A stretch of 63,195 bases of DNA, counting the filler, from Trichomonas gallinae (Eukaryota): assembly GCA_008369845.1 (NCBI GenBank). It is 7 parts of 7 records of this genome, joined end to end, with 100 filler letters (N's around TTAATTAATTAA, not from the genome) between each part and the next. Parts side by side here need not be neighbours in the genome. Positions count along the whole stretch, not along the records: positions 1 to 27,809 come from MRSU01000989.1; 6 more parts are not named here. One strand, written 5' to 3'. The notes beneath the pieces are model-generated. The model made no database searches. It had not been told where the DNA came from and was given only the letters and a program-made list of their open reading frames with translations. The position numbers were made by a program, and so were the translations under genes. Each line of letters opens with the position of its first letter. Positions within the stretch are counted from its first letter, which is position 1. This document shows positions 1 to 10,906 of this stretch, in pieces.

Positions 1-108
1 AAGTTCCTCACACCAGACCAGTGGGAAGAACGCCCAGCTGAGCAGCACCCATTCGTCAAGAACTCTGACTGGATCCACGGTAAGAAGAAGGCCGAAGCCG
101 ATGAGTAA
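1..108 (+). CDS. RPS2: 40S ribosomal protein S2 (uS5), C-terminal fragment (5' part outside window)
   Basis: Frame 1 reads KFLTPDQWEERPAEQHPFVKNSDWIHGKKKAEADE*, resembling the uS5 C-terminus (YLTPDLW...PY). Codon bias is that of highly expressed genes, and the stop forms a TAAA signal. Confidence 0.7.
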   Translation, partial: KFLTPDQWEERPAEQHPFVKNSDWIHGKKKAEADE

Positions 109-811
109 ATTAATATATATTTGCTAACAAATTACTCACATTTTTTATTATTCAACGATATCAAACCAGATACTTAAGTTTTCGGCTTCACAAATTATTC
201 TGTTAATATTTAATGAACTAAAAACAAAGAAATTTATAATTTCAACTTATATATTTTTCAAATATCATTATATGATTATCTGGCAAATGTACCATGCATA
301 TTAGTCATTTAAATGAAGTTTGATCCATTGTATTCTTATAGAATCTCATTATTATCTAATTTTGTGAAAATGTTAGAATTACAACATAGAGCACTGTTTG
401 AGCATACAATTACTAACTGAACAGGGTTTCTAAGCCTAATACTAGCTTTCTAACTAATTTTTCGTTGATATAATTTATTTTTTTTAAAAAACCCTTCATA
501 ACCATTAGTGATAGTCTTTTTCATTAGATTCAGAGCATCAGTAAATTCATAATCATGAGAAAACAAATGATTTCGATGAAATTGCAATCTGAGCGTGTTC
601 AAAAAGGTTTGTAGATACTTCATGTCCTAAGATGCAATATAGAATATCTTATTACATGTATATCTCTTGTAACACGCAAAAAAATATAAAATCATTTTTT
701 TCAGCAGGAATTTAACATTTTAAGAGAGTTTTCAGCAGCTTCAGGGTGATATATGAGTTATATATATAAAATACAAAACAACATTTAAAATAAAAAAACA
801 AAAATACAATA

Positions 812-1882
812 TTAACATAATGCTTTGACAGTATCAGCGTCGAGTGTCGCTTCAAGCGAAACTCCGGCTGTTTTTGCACCGCCAAGCTCTGAAGATGGTT
901 CACTTATAGAATCTCTTTCTTTTATGAGCTCTTCGATCATTTTCTGGCCAAGCCATTCAGGGAAAGTCATCGTGAATGTGTTTTTCTCTGATAAAGGATC
1001 AAAAGAAGTTAAAGTAACTTCAAGATTCTTAGAAACGTTAATTGCTGCTGCTTTGTTCATCCTATCGCAGTAATTCGATGAGCTAAACACTGTGATGCAC
1101 CCATCTACCTTCTCATACGGGAAATTATAGCCGTGCACGCAATACTCGTGAGCTCTTAAAACTAATTCGCATCCAGTTTTCTTGAGAAAAGCTTTTAATG
1201 CATCAGCATTGAAATAGTTTCCTGACCTTCTGTTGCTGGGAATGAACTTTTTCGGTCCATCTTTAGGATCGCTCCAAATGAAATCGAGAAACATTGATGG
1301 CTGGTCGATATCTGTTGGTTTTTCGAGTTTCTGGAGGTGAGCAAATGACTTAAATAGAGGACTCAAGCCTCCATGAACGCAAAAAATTTTCTTTTGTATC
1401 AATGCCGACAAAGGCATCAAATTGAAGACCCTGTGGAACTCGTAGAAGAGTGATTTGGAGTATTTATTAATGATTTCATCCTTAAATCCGTAAAAAGTCG
1501 ACATAAGTTGTGTTTCGTGATTTCCTCGCAATAAGTAGATGTCATTAGGAAATTTAACTTTCAGGCAGAACAGTATTAAAAGGACTTCAACAGAATCATG
1601 CCCACGATCGACGTAATCTCCTAAAAAAAGATATTTTTCATGAGGAGGATAACCGATCGTTTGAAGTATGCGAATTAGATCAGTGACGTTTCCATGTAGA
1701 TCTCCGACGACGTGTAGTGGTGGCTCAAGATGAATTAGAATATTTTCTTTGTTTAATAGTTCACTAACTCTCCCGCACAAAGTTACGACGTCTTTTTTAG
1801 GAACAAAGGATGAAATATTCAGACTTGGCTTGATTCTACACTTTAAAGTGTTATAAAGTATTTTATCAACGTCAAAGTCCAT
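812..1882 (-). CDS. Ser/Thr protein phosphatase, PPP family (PP1-like)
   Basis: Motifs GDLHG, GDYVDRG, LRGNHE, CVHGGLSP, WSDP, RAHE and TVFSSSNYC. Confidence 0.95.
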   Translation of the reverse strand: MDFDVDKILYNTLKCRIKPSLNISSFVPKKDVVTLCGRVSELLNKENILIHLEPPLHVVGDLHGNVTDLIRILQTIGYPPHEKYLFLGDYVDRGHDSVEVLLILFCLKVKFPNDIYLLRGNHETQLMSTFYGFKDEIINKYSKSLFYEFHRVFNLMPLSALIQKKIFCVHGGLSPLFKSFAHLQKLEKPTDIDQPSMFLDFIWSDPKDGPKKFIPSNRRSGNYFNADALKAFLKKTGCELVLRAHEYCVHGYNFPYEKVDGCITVFSSSNYCDRMNKAAAINVSKNLEVTLTSFDPLSEKNTFTMTFPEWLGQKMIEELIKERDSISEPSSELGGAKTAGVSLEATLDADTVKALC

Positions 1883-1935
1883 TCGATCCTATTCCTAAAC
1901 GTACCAAATTTTGGCACTTTTTTGAAATTTCAAAC

Positions 1936-2228
1936 TGAATCAATATATATACGTCATGTGATGATGCATCATATTTCATGAATCAATGTTGATGATTTTC
2001 ATGTGATGATGCATCATATTTCATGAATCAAAATTGATGGTATTTCATGTGATGATGCATCATATTTCATGAATCAATATATATACGTCATGTGATGATG
2101 CATCGTAATTCATGAACCAAAATTGATGATATTTCATGTGATGATGCATCATATTTCATGAATCAATATATATACGTCATGTAATGATGCATCATATTTC
2201 ATGGATCAAAATTGATAATATGCCATGG
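1936..2228. repeat. Tandem minisatellite: six copies of a ~33-bp palindromic core with two linker types
   Basis: Core TCATGTGATGATGCATCATATTTCATGAATCAA starts at 1954, 1999, 2045, 2088, 2134 and 2177. Linkers are TATATATACG or AATTGATGATATT-like. Confidence 0.95.
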
Positions 2229-3021
2229 CTTTTATATAGTTAAAAAAGTGTTTAACAAATCCAAAATATTTTATCATTCATTAAAATATCAAAATTAATT
2301 GGTTTTAAACATATAATATGGTTTTAAAAGATCATATATATTGGATCATAGTTCATTTTTGCTCAATTTCCTTAAATCAAGGAAAAGAAATTTGATTAAC
2401 CAAAAATATGATCGACAAGAACATCTATAATTTTGAGAAATTACTAGAAAATTTAATTACATCATTAATCTTCTGTTAAATTTTTGTTAAAAATGATATT
2501 TTTCAATTCAATAAAAATTGATACAAAAAAATACGTATTTATGCTGTGAAATCAATGCCAAAAGAATAAAAACTTTGTATAAAGAATGAATGCACCTTAT
2601 TTCAGTATTAAAGCCAAATTTTTTTTTCCGAGATAAATTGTGTTTAGATAAGAGACTATGGAGTCCAAAATCCAAATCTTTGATATGTATATAGTTGTTT
2701 TTATGATGTTTCAAACAGATTCTAGCAGAAAACTGTTAATTTTATTTCACATAGAATAGACGGTCAGCTCATAGATAGATGGTCTTGAAAACTTATTTGG
2801 TGAATAAATATGAAGTATTTTTTAGCGAATACAGAAATAATTTTTATGCAAAATTATAAACTATATCGATCACGGTCCAACGCGGTAGTAATGTATTTAT
2901 GAGATCATTAGAATGAATATAATGGACCAATGTGTAATCAAATATCGCAAAAGTTTTAAAACATCAAACAAAAACTAGAAATGAACAAGATAAAGCTTTC
3001 CATGAGGTACAGGAAAGACTC

Positions 3022-3573
3022 TTAAAGCACAAGGAATCCACTTGGTATATCTCCTACGATTGGCAGGAGTGGCTGGATATCATCCACGTTTGATGGATAG
3101 TATGGATCCTCGTATTTTTCTTCTTCGGTGCTACTTTCATCTTCCTCAAACAAAGGAAGAGAGTGTGAGACGTTCGTAATCCTAATAAATGGCCTTAATT
3201 GGAATGGGAAAGTATTGGCCAGTGTGCAAACATTAGATGGAATGTGCTGTGCCGCCCTAGAGAACGAAGATACTTGTTGTATGATAGCAGTTTTCCTAGT
3301 TGTAATGACTTTGAAGGAACAGTGACATTTCAGGCAAACTAGTTCGTAGCAGCAGTCCATTTGAGAAAGAACAGCGACACTATTAGGTGATGTAACCTCA
3401 ATGTCCTGTGGACGGATATTGTAAGCTTCCTCATCATCGAAGAAGTATCTCCTGTATTTCTCAACACTGCTATTCTGATCCTTGCAGACATACCTCTTAT
3501 GAAGCTTGACATGAATTCCGCCACAATCACACTCCGAGGTCCTATGGTCGTGATCACCCTGTCTTCTCATCAT
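3022..3573 (-). CDS. Hypothetical protein, 183 aa, Cys-rich N-half (CxC...C, CC, CxxCxC), acidic C-terminus
   Basis: ATG-initiated ORF with coding-like GC content in AT-rich flanks. Confidence 0.7.
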   Translation of the reverse strand: MMRRQGDHDHRTSECDCGGIHVKLHKRYVCKDQNSSVEKYRRYFFDDEEAYNIRPQDIEVTSPNSVAVLSQMDCCYELVCLKCHCSFKVITTRKTAIIQQVSSFSRAAQHIPSNVCTLANTFPFQLRPFIRITNVSHSLPLFEEDESSTEEEKYEDPYYPSNVDDIQPLLPIVGDIPSGFLVL

Positions 3574-3674
3574 TAAATTAAAAAATGTCTCAATTATTGA
3601 ATGCTTTTCTCAATTTATAAAATTAAAACTAGAAATGCATTAATAAGCCTCACATTACAACAAAATTCGTCTGA

Positions 3675-3848
3675 CGAAATCTTTTCAAAAAATAATCAGA
3701 TAAATTTTACTATATTATTGATATATATTCATATTTTTTAATTTCCGCGAATTTCTTTTCAAAATATAATTAAGTAAAATTTTACTTCATTATTACTATA
3801 TATTCATATATTTTAATTTCCGCAAAATCCTTTCAAAAAATAATCAGC
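3675..3848. repeat. Degenerate ~73-bp tandem repeat (about 2.5 copies) upstream of the 183-aa gene
   Basis: (A/G)AA.T(C/T)TTTCAAAA.ATAAT recurs near 3677, 3750 and 3824. ATATATTCATAT.TTTTAATTTCCGC occurs twice. Confidence 0.6.
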
Positions 3849-4904
3849 AACTTTTGAAAGCATTTTGATTAAGGTTGCTGAATGTATGCGAATATTGGAT
3901 TTTTGAAATATGATGGTCCAACATTTGTTAAAAAACCGTATAAATTGAGACTACATCGTTGGTAACAATGTTGTTATATATACAGATTAGTATAATATTA
4001 TTCGATTTTCAAAAAATTGAAAGGAATTTGTTATTTCGTGGATAATGCTTTAATAGTTATAATATTAATTGCTACTGCGATGATGTAATTTTCTCCTTCT
4101 CAAAAATTTATTTTTTGATAAACAATTTATTTTCATCGAATAATATCATACACATGTGTTAAGACCATTTCTACACCCAAAATGTGTTGAATGAGTAAAA
4201 TCGTTTGAAGGAGATAAATTTTTACGAGTTTATCGCTTAATTATATTCTGTACAAGTTAGCATGCATATTTAAATAAAAATAAATGAAAAATTTGAACCA
4301 TAGTTTATATTCTATGTTGGAGCCACTTTTTTAGAATATCATTGGTCACACCAAGCAAAGGAGTTGTTCTATTCCGAAGATTTCAATTTTGAGATTGTTT
4401 GATAATTTTTTTAAATTCTTCTTATCACAAAAAATCGGTATTGGTTATGTTTCCACCATCTACTCCTTAAATGTGTTATAATTATTAACGGTATTTAAAA
4501 AAGATGAACTTTAGATAAAAAAATCGATTAAAAATTTCTCCTTCTATCTCACAATTATATAAACTTTCATAAAAATGTAGTAAAAACACTAAGCTTGTTA
4601 TAGGATATGAAATGGAACCTCAAAAGCCGCAATTTTTTGATTTAGATCTGATAATTTTTTATTCGCTTCATAATCTTATGCTCATATTTAAAAATTGGGT
4701 GTAAAATTATCAGTCTCATATATTTGTCACAGCAAAAAAGCATCAAAACGGATTAATTACAGATTTCTATTTTCATTCTTTAAAAAAAATGAGATTTCTG
4801 GCATTAATAGTTAGTAATAGTATCAAAAAGGTCGATAATAAAACATTATGAGTTGGTTATGGAATAAAACAAATAATTTTAGAATAATATAAACAACTTG
4901 TGAT

Positions 4905-6323
4905 CTATACTAGGAAATACTTGAAATAATAACGGAGAGCTTTTTCATTTCTGCTATTAACATGAACTCTTCTGTTAAGCTGCCAATCATTCACATCCCA
5001 GCTATGATACAATGCGGAAACAGCAGTTGCTTGTGAGTTAGAGGCTTGGAACACGTAAGGAGCTTCCTTTTCAACAAACCATGCTCTCTTGCCCATTCTC
5101 ATAGCGCAAACGTAAGAAAATGTCGAGCGATAAGAAATTAAGCATTCATCGCACATTTCAAGCAATGCAATGTCGTTGAGAGCTGACAGATGGTCATAGT
5201 CGGCCATTCTGATTGTTTCAGTTGTAATCATATGATTTCCGAAAATTTTTCTAAATTCTTCTTCCATCTGCTTTGAATCAGATGCAAATGCAAAAATTGT
5301 TGGTTTTTCGGCGAGTTTCTTCTTCAAGAAAGGAGTCACAGCTTTAAGCGTTGTTTGAATATTATGAGAATAAAATTGGCCAGCGTGTTGGAATCTTAAA
5401 TGCACGCCAAACACTCTGTATCCCTTTGGCACTGTATCCATCACTTGTTTAGCCAGATCTATTGATTTTTGAGGAAGTCTCATCAAAAAGTTGCAAGCGA
5501 AGTAAGCTGCATGCATACCGAAGTTCTTCCTGACGAAATCAGAAAGTTGGCCATGTGTATAGGCCATTGTAGCGTAAAGTAAATAATCAACGTAAATAAT
5601 TTTCTTTTTGAGCTCCTCATCATAGTCGTATCCGTACCAGAGATCGAATGTCTGTATATTTGAACGTATTCTGTCTCCTTCTGTTTTGAAATATTCATCA
5701 ACTTCGCCTTGTCTTAATAAAACTGAAGGATGTAACTGGAATGCTTGTCCTACTTGTTTTTTTTGGCCATTCGGAAAGTCTGACTCCAAAATATAAGATC
5801 TATTCTGCATTAACGCAATTAAAAACGTTGTTGTATCAGTTGAGAATCTATTTCCGACGCCATCATAGAGATGTTTCATTAAGAAATGCTTGCGTTCTTG
5901 GAACGGCGTGCTATCTATATATTTGGCCCAGCCATTCAAAACTCTCCATGCTTGTACTGTTTGTGAGCAAGTAACTTCGCTATCAGGATGATCGCATGGT
6001 ACATATGATCGTGACCATGTGGGTAAATTTAGGCCAATTACAGCTTCTTTCAGTTCTTCTTCAGTATAATTGATTTCTGGGAATTTTGGTGGCAAATGGC
6101 GTAAAGTTGGTTCATATGTAACATCTTCGCTGCCTTTTTTCGCTAATAATTTAGTCTCTGTTTCATTTAATGATGTTGGCTTGATATTAATTTGTCGGCC
6201 TTGGTAAGAATTGAAAGCATGATTCTTCACGAAAAGGATAATGTTGTATATTACCAGTCCAACAATCAGCGTAGACTGAAAGACTGACAGTAAACTTATG
6301 TTATTCTTCTTCGGCAATTTCAT
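4905..6323 (-). CDS. Type II membrane fucosyltransferase-like glycosyltransferase (alpha-1,2/1,6-FucT superfamily, GT37/GT23-like)
   Basis: N-terminal TM anchor, then GVGNRF, motif I VFGVHLR, motif II FAFASDS and motif III DIALLEMCDECLISYRSTFSYV. Confidence 0.75.
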   Translation of the reverse strand: MKLPKKNNISLLSVFQSTLIVGLVIYNIILFVKNHAFNSYQGRQINIKPTSLNETETKLLAKKGSEDVTYEPTLRHLPPKFPEINYTEEELKEAVIGLNLPTWSRSYVPCDHPDSEVTCSQTVQAWRVLNGWAKYIDSTPFQERKHFLMKHLYDGVGNRFSTDTTTFLIALMQNRSYILESDFPNGQKKQVGQAFQLHPSVLLRQGEVDEYFKTEGDRIRSNIQTFDLWYGYDYDEELKKKIIYVDYLLYATMAYTHGQLSDFVRKNFGMHAAYFACNFLMRLPQKSIDLAKQVMDTVPKGYRVFGVHLRFQHAGQFYSHNIQTTLKAVTPFLKKKLAEKPTIFAFASDSKQMEEEFRKIFGNHMITTETIRMADYDHLSALNDIALLEMCDECLISYRSTFSYVCAMRMGKRAWFVEKEAPYVFQASNSQATAVSALYHSWDVNDWQLNRRVHVNSRNEKALRYYFKYFLV

Positions 6324-6684
6324 TTTTGATTGGAAAACTCTCCAGTTTTTTAATAAAGTATAGATTTTTATTAAATAATCTTAGAAAATAGCTAAAATGG
6401 AATATATGTGTAGATATAAAATTCACTAAAAATCGATTTTATTATAGGAAAAATTTTAAATAAGAAAAAAATCAAGATAATTTTAGACAATGTTGATATA
6501 GCAAAAAGTCAAAATATAATAAAATTCAAAATTCGTAAATTTGGGTCCTATCTTATTTTCATGTAAATATACCATTGCCAAAATATCGAAAGAAATTTTG
6601 AATATATTCTTAATGCAAAAATGATTTTTCTTTTTTTATTTGATAATATTAATTATTATCTCATTATGAATTGATCAATCCAGT

Positions 6685-6900
6685 AAAAATTGAGTTTTGA
6701 AATAAGGTTATTTCAAAATTATTTTTGCGATTTTAATCAATATTTTATATAAGCATCTGACAATGAGTTGACATATGAAATAAAAATAGATTTTTGAAAA
6801 TAAGGTTAAATCTGCTTTCCAATTTTATTTGATATTATAGATAAGCATATAGCACTGGAATTATTTCTGAAATAAAAATCGAATTTTGAAATAAGGTTAT
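6685..6900 (+). repeat. Three copies of a ~26-bp motif at ~95-bp spacing in the Nup93 promoter
   Basis: AAAAAT.GA.TTTTGAAA(A)TAAGGTTA ends at about 6710, 6808 and 6899. Confidence 0.7.
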
Positions 6901-6906
6901 ATCCAA

Positions 6907-9237
6907 ATGAATTTTAACACGAGAATGAACATTCCTGTCGAAACATTGATCGACGACATACTTGCTCGATCGCTTCGATTGGAAAAGAAGAGTCCATACT
7001 TGGCAAATTTCTCGTTTACAAACTTACTGCATCAAAGCAGATCGGTTATTAATACAAAATCATTTTCAAAAGACGATGAAGACCGCGGCAAATACCTTTT
7101 AGGTACAGTAAACACAGATATCGCGAATGTTCCAACAACTTTGAGCAGAATTGATCCAGCAAAAATTGTGTCCGATGAAATCTCGCTTTACGCTGAAAAA
7201 ACAAACGATATTTTCCAAGACGCGATGGTTAAATCTATTTCCTCCATTCATAACAATACTGATTCTATCAATGATAATTATATAATGAAATCTTTAGAGA
7301 AAATCTACAACAAAAAATATGTTTCTTCAGGTGTTTGCGTTCCATACTACGAAGAAATTCCAACAATTACACCAAGTATCTTGGAATATCTTCAGAATCA
7401 TCCAATTCCAGATGTAAGGAAGGTTCTAAGCCCAAGAGACCAATTTTATGCGGAAAATCTTACAAATGGAGGCGAGTCATACTCAGGACATATGGTTAAA
7501 GCCATCAGAAAATCAAAGATCTTCAAAGATAATTACCAACAGCCTCTTGCTGATACATTCTTGCTTATTCACTGTTTCGAGAAGTTCGAGGACAGGTTTT
7601 TGGGTTCAATACACTTCCTTGAGAAGCAAATCAAGAGAATTATCACAGAAGAAGTTAATACAAACTTAAATATCGCAAATCGCGGTCCAGAATACGGAAT
7701 CATGCACACAATACAAGGCTATGTCAATCTTTTGCCACATCCGCAGCACAACAGCCCTTGGGCAGTGCTTTTATTTGCAATGAGATGCGGCGAAAATGCA
7801 AGCGCTTTGCAATTCGCATCTTCGCACGATTTCAGCCACAACGTCATCCAAGCTCTTGAATTCCGTGTAACAAGACAGCAAATCACGCCACAAATCAGAG
7901 CTGCATTGCAATCAGATCTTTCAAACGAGATTTCATCGCCAAATCCAGACACTTTCAAGTGCCTCAGCCTCTCAGTGCTCTCAGGAGTCGGTGGATACCA
8001 AGACCAGCAGGTTTTCGCGTCATTCGAAGACTGGCTGTGGCTTTCTTTCCAACTCGGCGAATCACAGAAAACGAAAACAAGAATTTGCGAGAAAGTCTAC
8101 AAAAGTATCAACGAATTATCAGATCCGCGCAATGTTATGCTCAAAGGACAAGCGATGCTCTTAGTCCACAAGTTTGACGAGGCCGCAAAATGGTTCTTAA
8201 CAACTCCTTCCGTAGAAAACGACGGCCTGCAGATTGCTTTGGCGATGCAGACAGTTAATCTCATTAAGCCATCGCTTTTCTCGAACGAGCTCTTAAGGTA
8301 CTGCTCCGACGTCTTCCAGGCTGACGGATATATATCATTGAAGTACATTTCGCTCATCAGAGAACGCTCGGAAGTCATCAAGCTCACATCATTGCTCGCT
8401 GTCACTGCGAAAGACGGCGAATCAGTTTTCCAGCCTATATTCGACGAGAATCCTTATGTTATGCCTCCACCTGACAGCGAGGCATCTGCTGTAATCTTCG
8501 ACGGAATTTCTGATCCACAGGATATAATCAATTCATACAGAACAGAAGAAGAACTCGAAAATGTTGATCCAATCGCTACACACAGCCCAGCTGCCAAGCT
8601 GCTCAATCCAGATGAGCTCATGGAAGCTCTCACGCAGGCAGGCAACGTTGCTGCTAAGAGATCTAAGTACCAACTCGCGATGAAACTGTTCTACATGGCG
8701 AAGAACGTCGAGAAACTTGTTGATTTATGCTGCCTTCAACTTCAGAGATGCACTGAAGGATTAGTTGACGACCAGCCGATTGTCGACGCTATTGGATTAT
8801 TGGAAGAGATATCGAATTATTCATTGGAGCTTGATTCAGAGAAATTGCACAATTTGAACATTTTACTTTCTTTCGCGAAATGTTCATATCTCAACAAGAT
8901 TGGCAATTTCGAAGAATCTTGCGCAGCGTTCGAAGAAAGCAGGTTATTCACATCAGACTTAGGTGTACCAGGAACAACGGATGATGGAGGAGTCAACGCT
9001 TCAAGGATAACTATACAGAATATGTCTGAAATCATCAAAGAAACACTTCCGAATGCTTTCGTCAATGCTGTTGATTCTTATTCTAAAGTTTACTCACAAC
9101 TCGGCAAAGGCGATGCTAAGACAAACATTTATAACAAGGTAAAGATACTAACGAACCTTGCAAGCGAACTCGGACAGAATCTTCATGAAGAAATGGCGAA
9201 GAAATTGTTAATGCTCAAAGATTTCGATTCAAAATAA
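6907..9237 (+). CDS. NUP93: Nucleoporin Nup93/Nic96
   Basis: PWAVLLFAMRCG, DTFK and FEDWLWLSFQL match conserved Nic96 blocks. The protein is 776 aa and predicted alpha-helical. Confidence 0.8.
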   Translation: MNFNTRMNIPVETLIDDILARSLRLEKKSPYLANFSFTNLLHQSRSVINTKSFSKDDEDRGKYLLGTVNTDIANVPTTLSRIDPAKIVSDEISLYAEKTNDIFQDAMVKSISSIHNNTDSINDNYIMKSLEKIYNKKYVSSGVCVPYYEEIPTITPSILEYLQNHPIPDVRKVLSPRDQFYAENLTNGGESYSGHMVKAIRKSKIFKDNYQQPLADTFLLIHCFEKFEDRFLGSIHFLEKQIKRIITEEVNTNLNIANRGPEYGIMHTIQGYVNLLPHPQHNSPWAVLLFAMRCGENASALQFASSHDFSHNVIQALEFRVTRQQITPQIRAALQSDLSNEISSPNPDTFKCLSLSVLSGVGGYQDQQVFASFEDWLWLSFQLGESQKTKTRICEKVYKSINELSDPRNVMLKGQAMLLVHKFDEAAKWFLTTPSVENDGLQIALAMQTVNLIKPSLFSNELLRYCSDVFQADGYISLKYISLIRERSEVIKLTSLLAVTAKDGESVFQPIFDENPYVMPPPDSEASAVIFDGISDPQDIINSYRTEEELENVDPIATHSPAAKLLNPDELMEALTQAGNVAAKRSKYQLAMKLFYMAKNVEKLVDLCCLQLQRCTEGLVDDQPIVDAIGLLEEISNYSLELDSEKLHNLNILLSFAKCSYLNKIGNFEESCAAFEESRLFTSDLGVPGTTDDGGVNASRITIQNMSEIIKETLPNAFVNAVDSYSKVYSQLGKGDAKTNIYNKVKILTNLASELGQNLHEEMAKKLLMLKDFDSK

Positions 9238-9439
9238 AAATATAAAGATTTAGATTATTTATTTAACAAATCATTATTTCTCGATAAAGTTATTCAATTG
9301 TCATCTAAAAATAATAATATATAGCTTTAAAAAATATTTTTATTTTATATTTAATGAATTTAATGGATCGTAAATGTATAAATAGATGTGAAAAGTTTTG
9401 GTGATGATGATTTTATAAGTTAGATTTCATATTTTTATA

Positions 9440-10744
9440 ATGGAAGTGATTAATGGATTTGGATCTTTATTTGGGATTCAGAACAATGGGTATTTGTTGA
9501 TGAAAACAGAGAGCTCTGATCCTTATATAATCCATAAAATACAAAATTATCAAATGAAATACGAAAAAGAATTACTTCAATTGATAAATTCGCTGAAAAT
9601 CAATATTAAACAGGAAAAATACGAATATAATGACTTTAATATGCATTCTAAATATATAAATACTTATTATGAAGTCATTTTCTTCGTTATTCACGATTCA
9701 AATGATATTTCTCAACAAAAAATGATAATTTTACTTGTTACAAACGAATCAACACCATTAAATGATATCAAAAATCTCCAATATATTAGCAAATCTATCT
9801 TTTCACAGAATATTAATCAATTTTCGAAAGAAATCATCACAAAAATACATGTTATGAACTCACAAATCAAAAAAGAAGGAATAGAAACACTTATACATAT
9901 TGCGAATCATTTAAATTTAAATCCAGATGATGAAAATTTTTTAATTGATGAAAGATTCTTATTATCAACGAATAGAAACCCAGAATTGTTGTTCAACAAA
10001 GATGAAAGTTTTCTTTTGTTTACTGAGTATGTAATGCTGGCTCCTTTCCATGATTATCCCAACAAATCACAAACTTTTACTATAGGAATCGGAAACAGCT
10101 CAAAACTCAATCTTTTCACATATGCAGCATCAATAGATCCAAGATCTTTATATGTTAAACTCGCTCATTCAACAATTTTAGCAAATTTAATTTTTTCATG
10201 TTTAATTTCACGTCCTTTAATAATTGTTTCTAATAATACCGAAAGATTTTTACTAATGGCAATCAAATTATCATGTTTTATGCCCAATTTTGAGATTTCA
10301 AAATTAATTTTATCAGATTCAATAGATCCGCAAGAAATAACTGAAGGCATGATCTGTGTCACGAAGAGTTTAATGAATAACAATATTGAGCATTGTTCAG
10401 TTCTTCGAATTGATCAAAACTTGTATGAAGGTGTTATTGTTGAAAGGGACTCAGAGATAATTAGAATTTGTTGCATGGAACCAGCCCAGTCGAGTCCAGC
10501 CTTCTTATATACAGCTTACAACAAAATTTTTCAATATTTAAACAAAATCGAAATTACGTTCACTAAAGCCATAAAAATGTCAAAGACAGAGTTTAACATA
10601 AGCAGGTCTTTGATACAAGCCGGAATTAAAAGATGCGATTTTCCAATCGTATTTAACCTTCTTAAAAAGAGTTTTCATGAAGAAGAGGCAGAGCTGATCG
10701 TAAAACATATGCCTACTATTCAGAAAGCAGCTTGTTTCTTCTAA
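9440..10744 (+). CDS. Folliculin/SMCR8-like longin-DENN protein (putative)
   Basis: LIFSCLISRPLIIVSNNTERFLLMAIKLSCFMP resembles the SMCR8/FLCN cDENN block (IFSLLSGRTLVV...LAIFVP). The N-terminal beta-rich segment is longin-like. Confidence 0.5.
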   Translation: MEVINGFGSLFGIQNNGYLLMKTESSDPYIIHKIQNYQMKYEKELLQLINSLKINIKQEKYEYNDFNMHSKYINTYYEVIFFVIHDSNDISQQKMIILLVTNESTPLNDIKNLQYISKSIFSQNINQFSKEIITKIHVMNSQIKKEGIETLIHIANHLNLNPDDENFLIDERFLLSTNRNPELLFNKDESFLLFTEYVMLAPFHDYPNKSQTFTIGIGNSSKLNLFTYAASIDPRSLYVKLAHSTILANLIFSCLISRPLIIVSNNTERFLLMAIKLSCFMPNFEISKLILSDSIDPQEITEGMICVTKSLMNNNIEHCSVLRIDQNLYEGVIVERDSEIIRICCMEPAQSSPAFLYTAYNKIFQYLNKIEITFTKAIKMSKTEFNISRSLIQAGIKRCDFPIVFNLLKKSFHEEEAELIVKHMPTIQKAACFF

Positions 10745-10906
10745 TTTTTTAAAATATTGTTTGTTGTATTTGTATTTCTAAATAAATCGGCATTTGTTGC
10801 GGTAGTATTACCGTGGGTCAGTCATAAAACAAATATTTTACATTGCAAACATTTTTCAATAATTCAAACAATACATGAACAAAACATTTTGAGATTTGTA
10901 CAATAC

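Noticed and set aside
1954..2209. CRISPR array (33-bp palindromic repeats)
   Set aside because: Linkers are only 10-13 bp and are themselves repeated. There are no cas genes and the context is eukaryotic.
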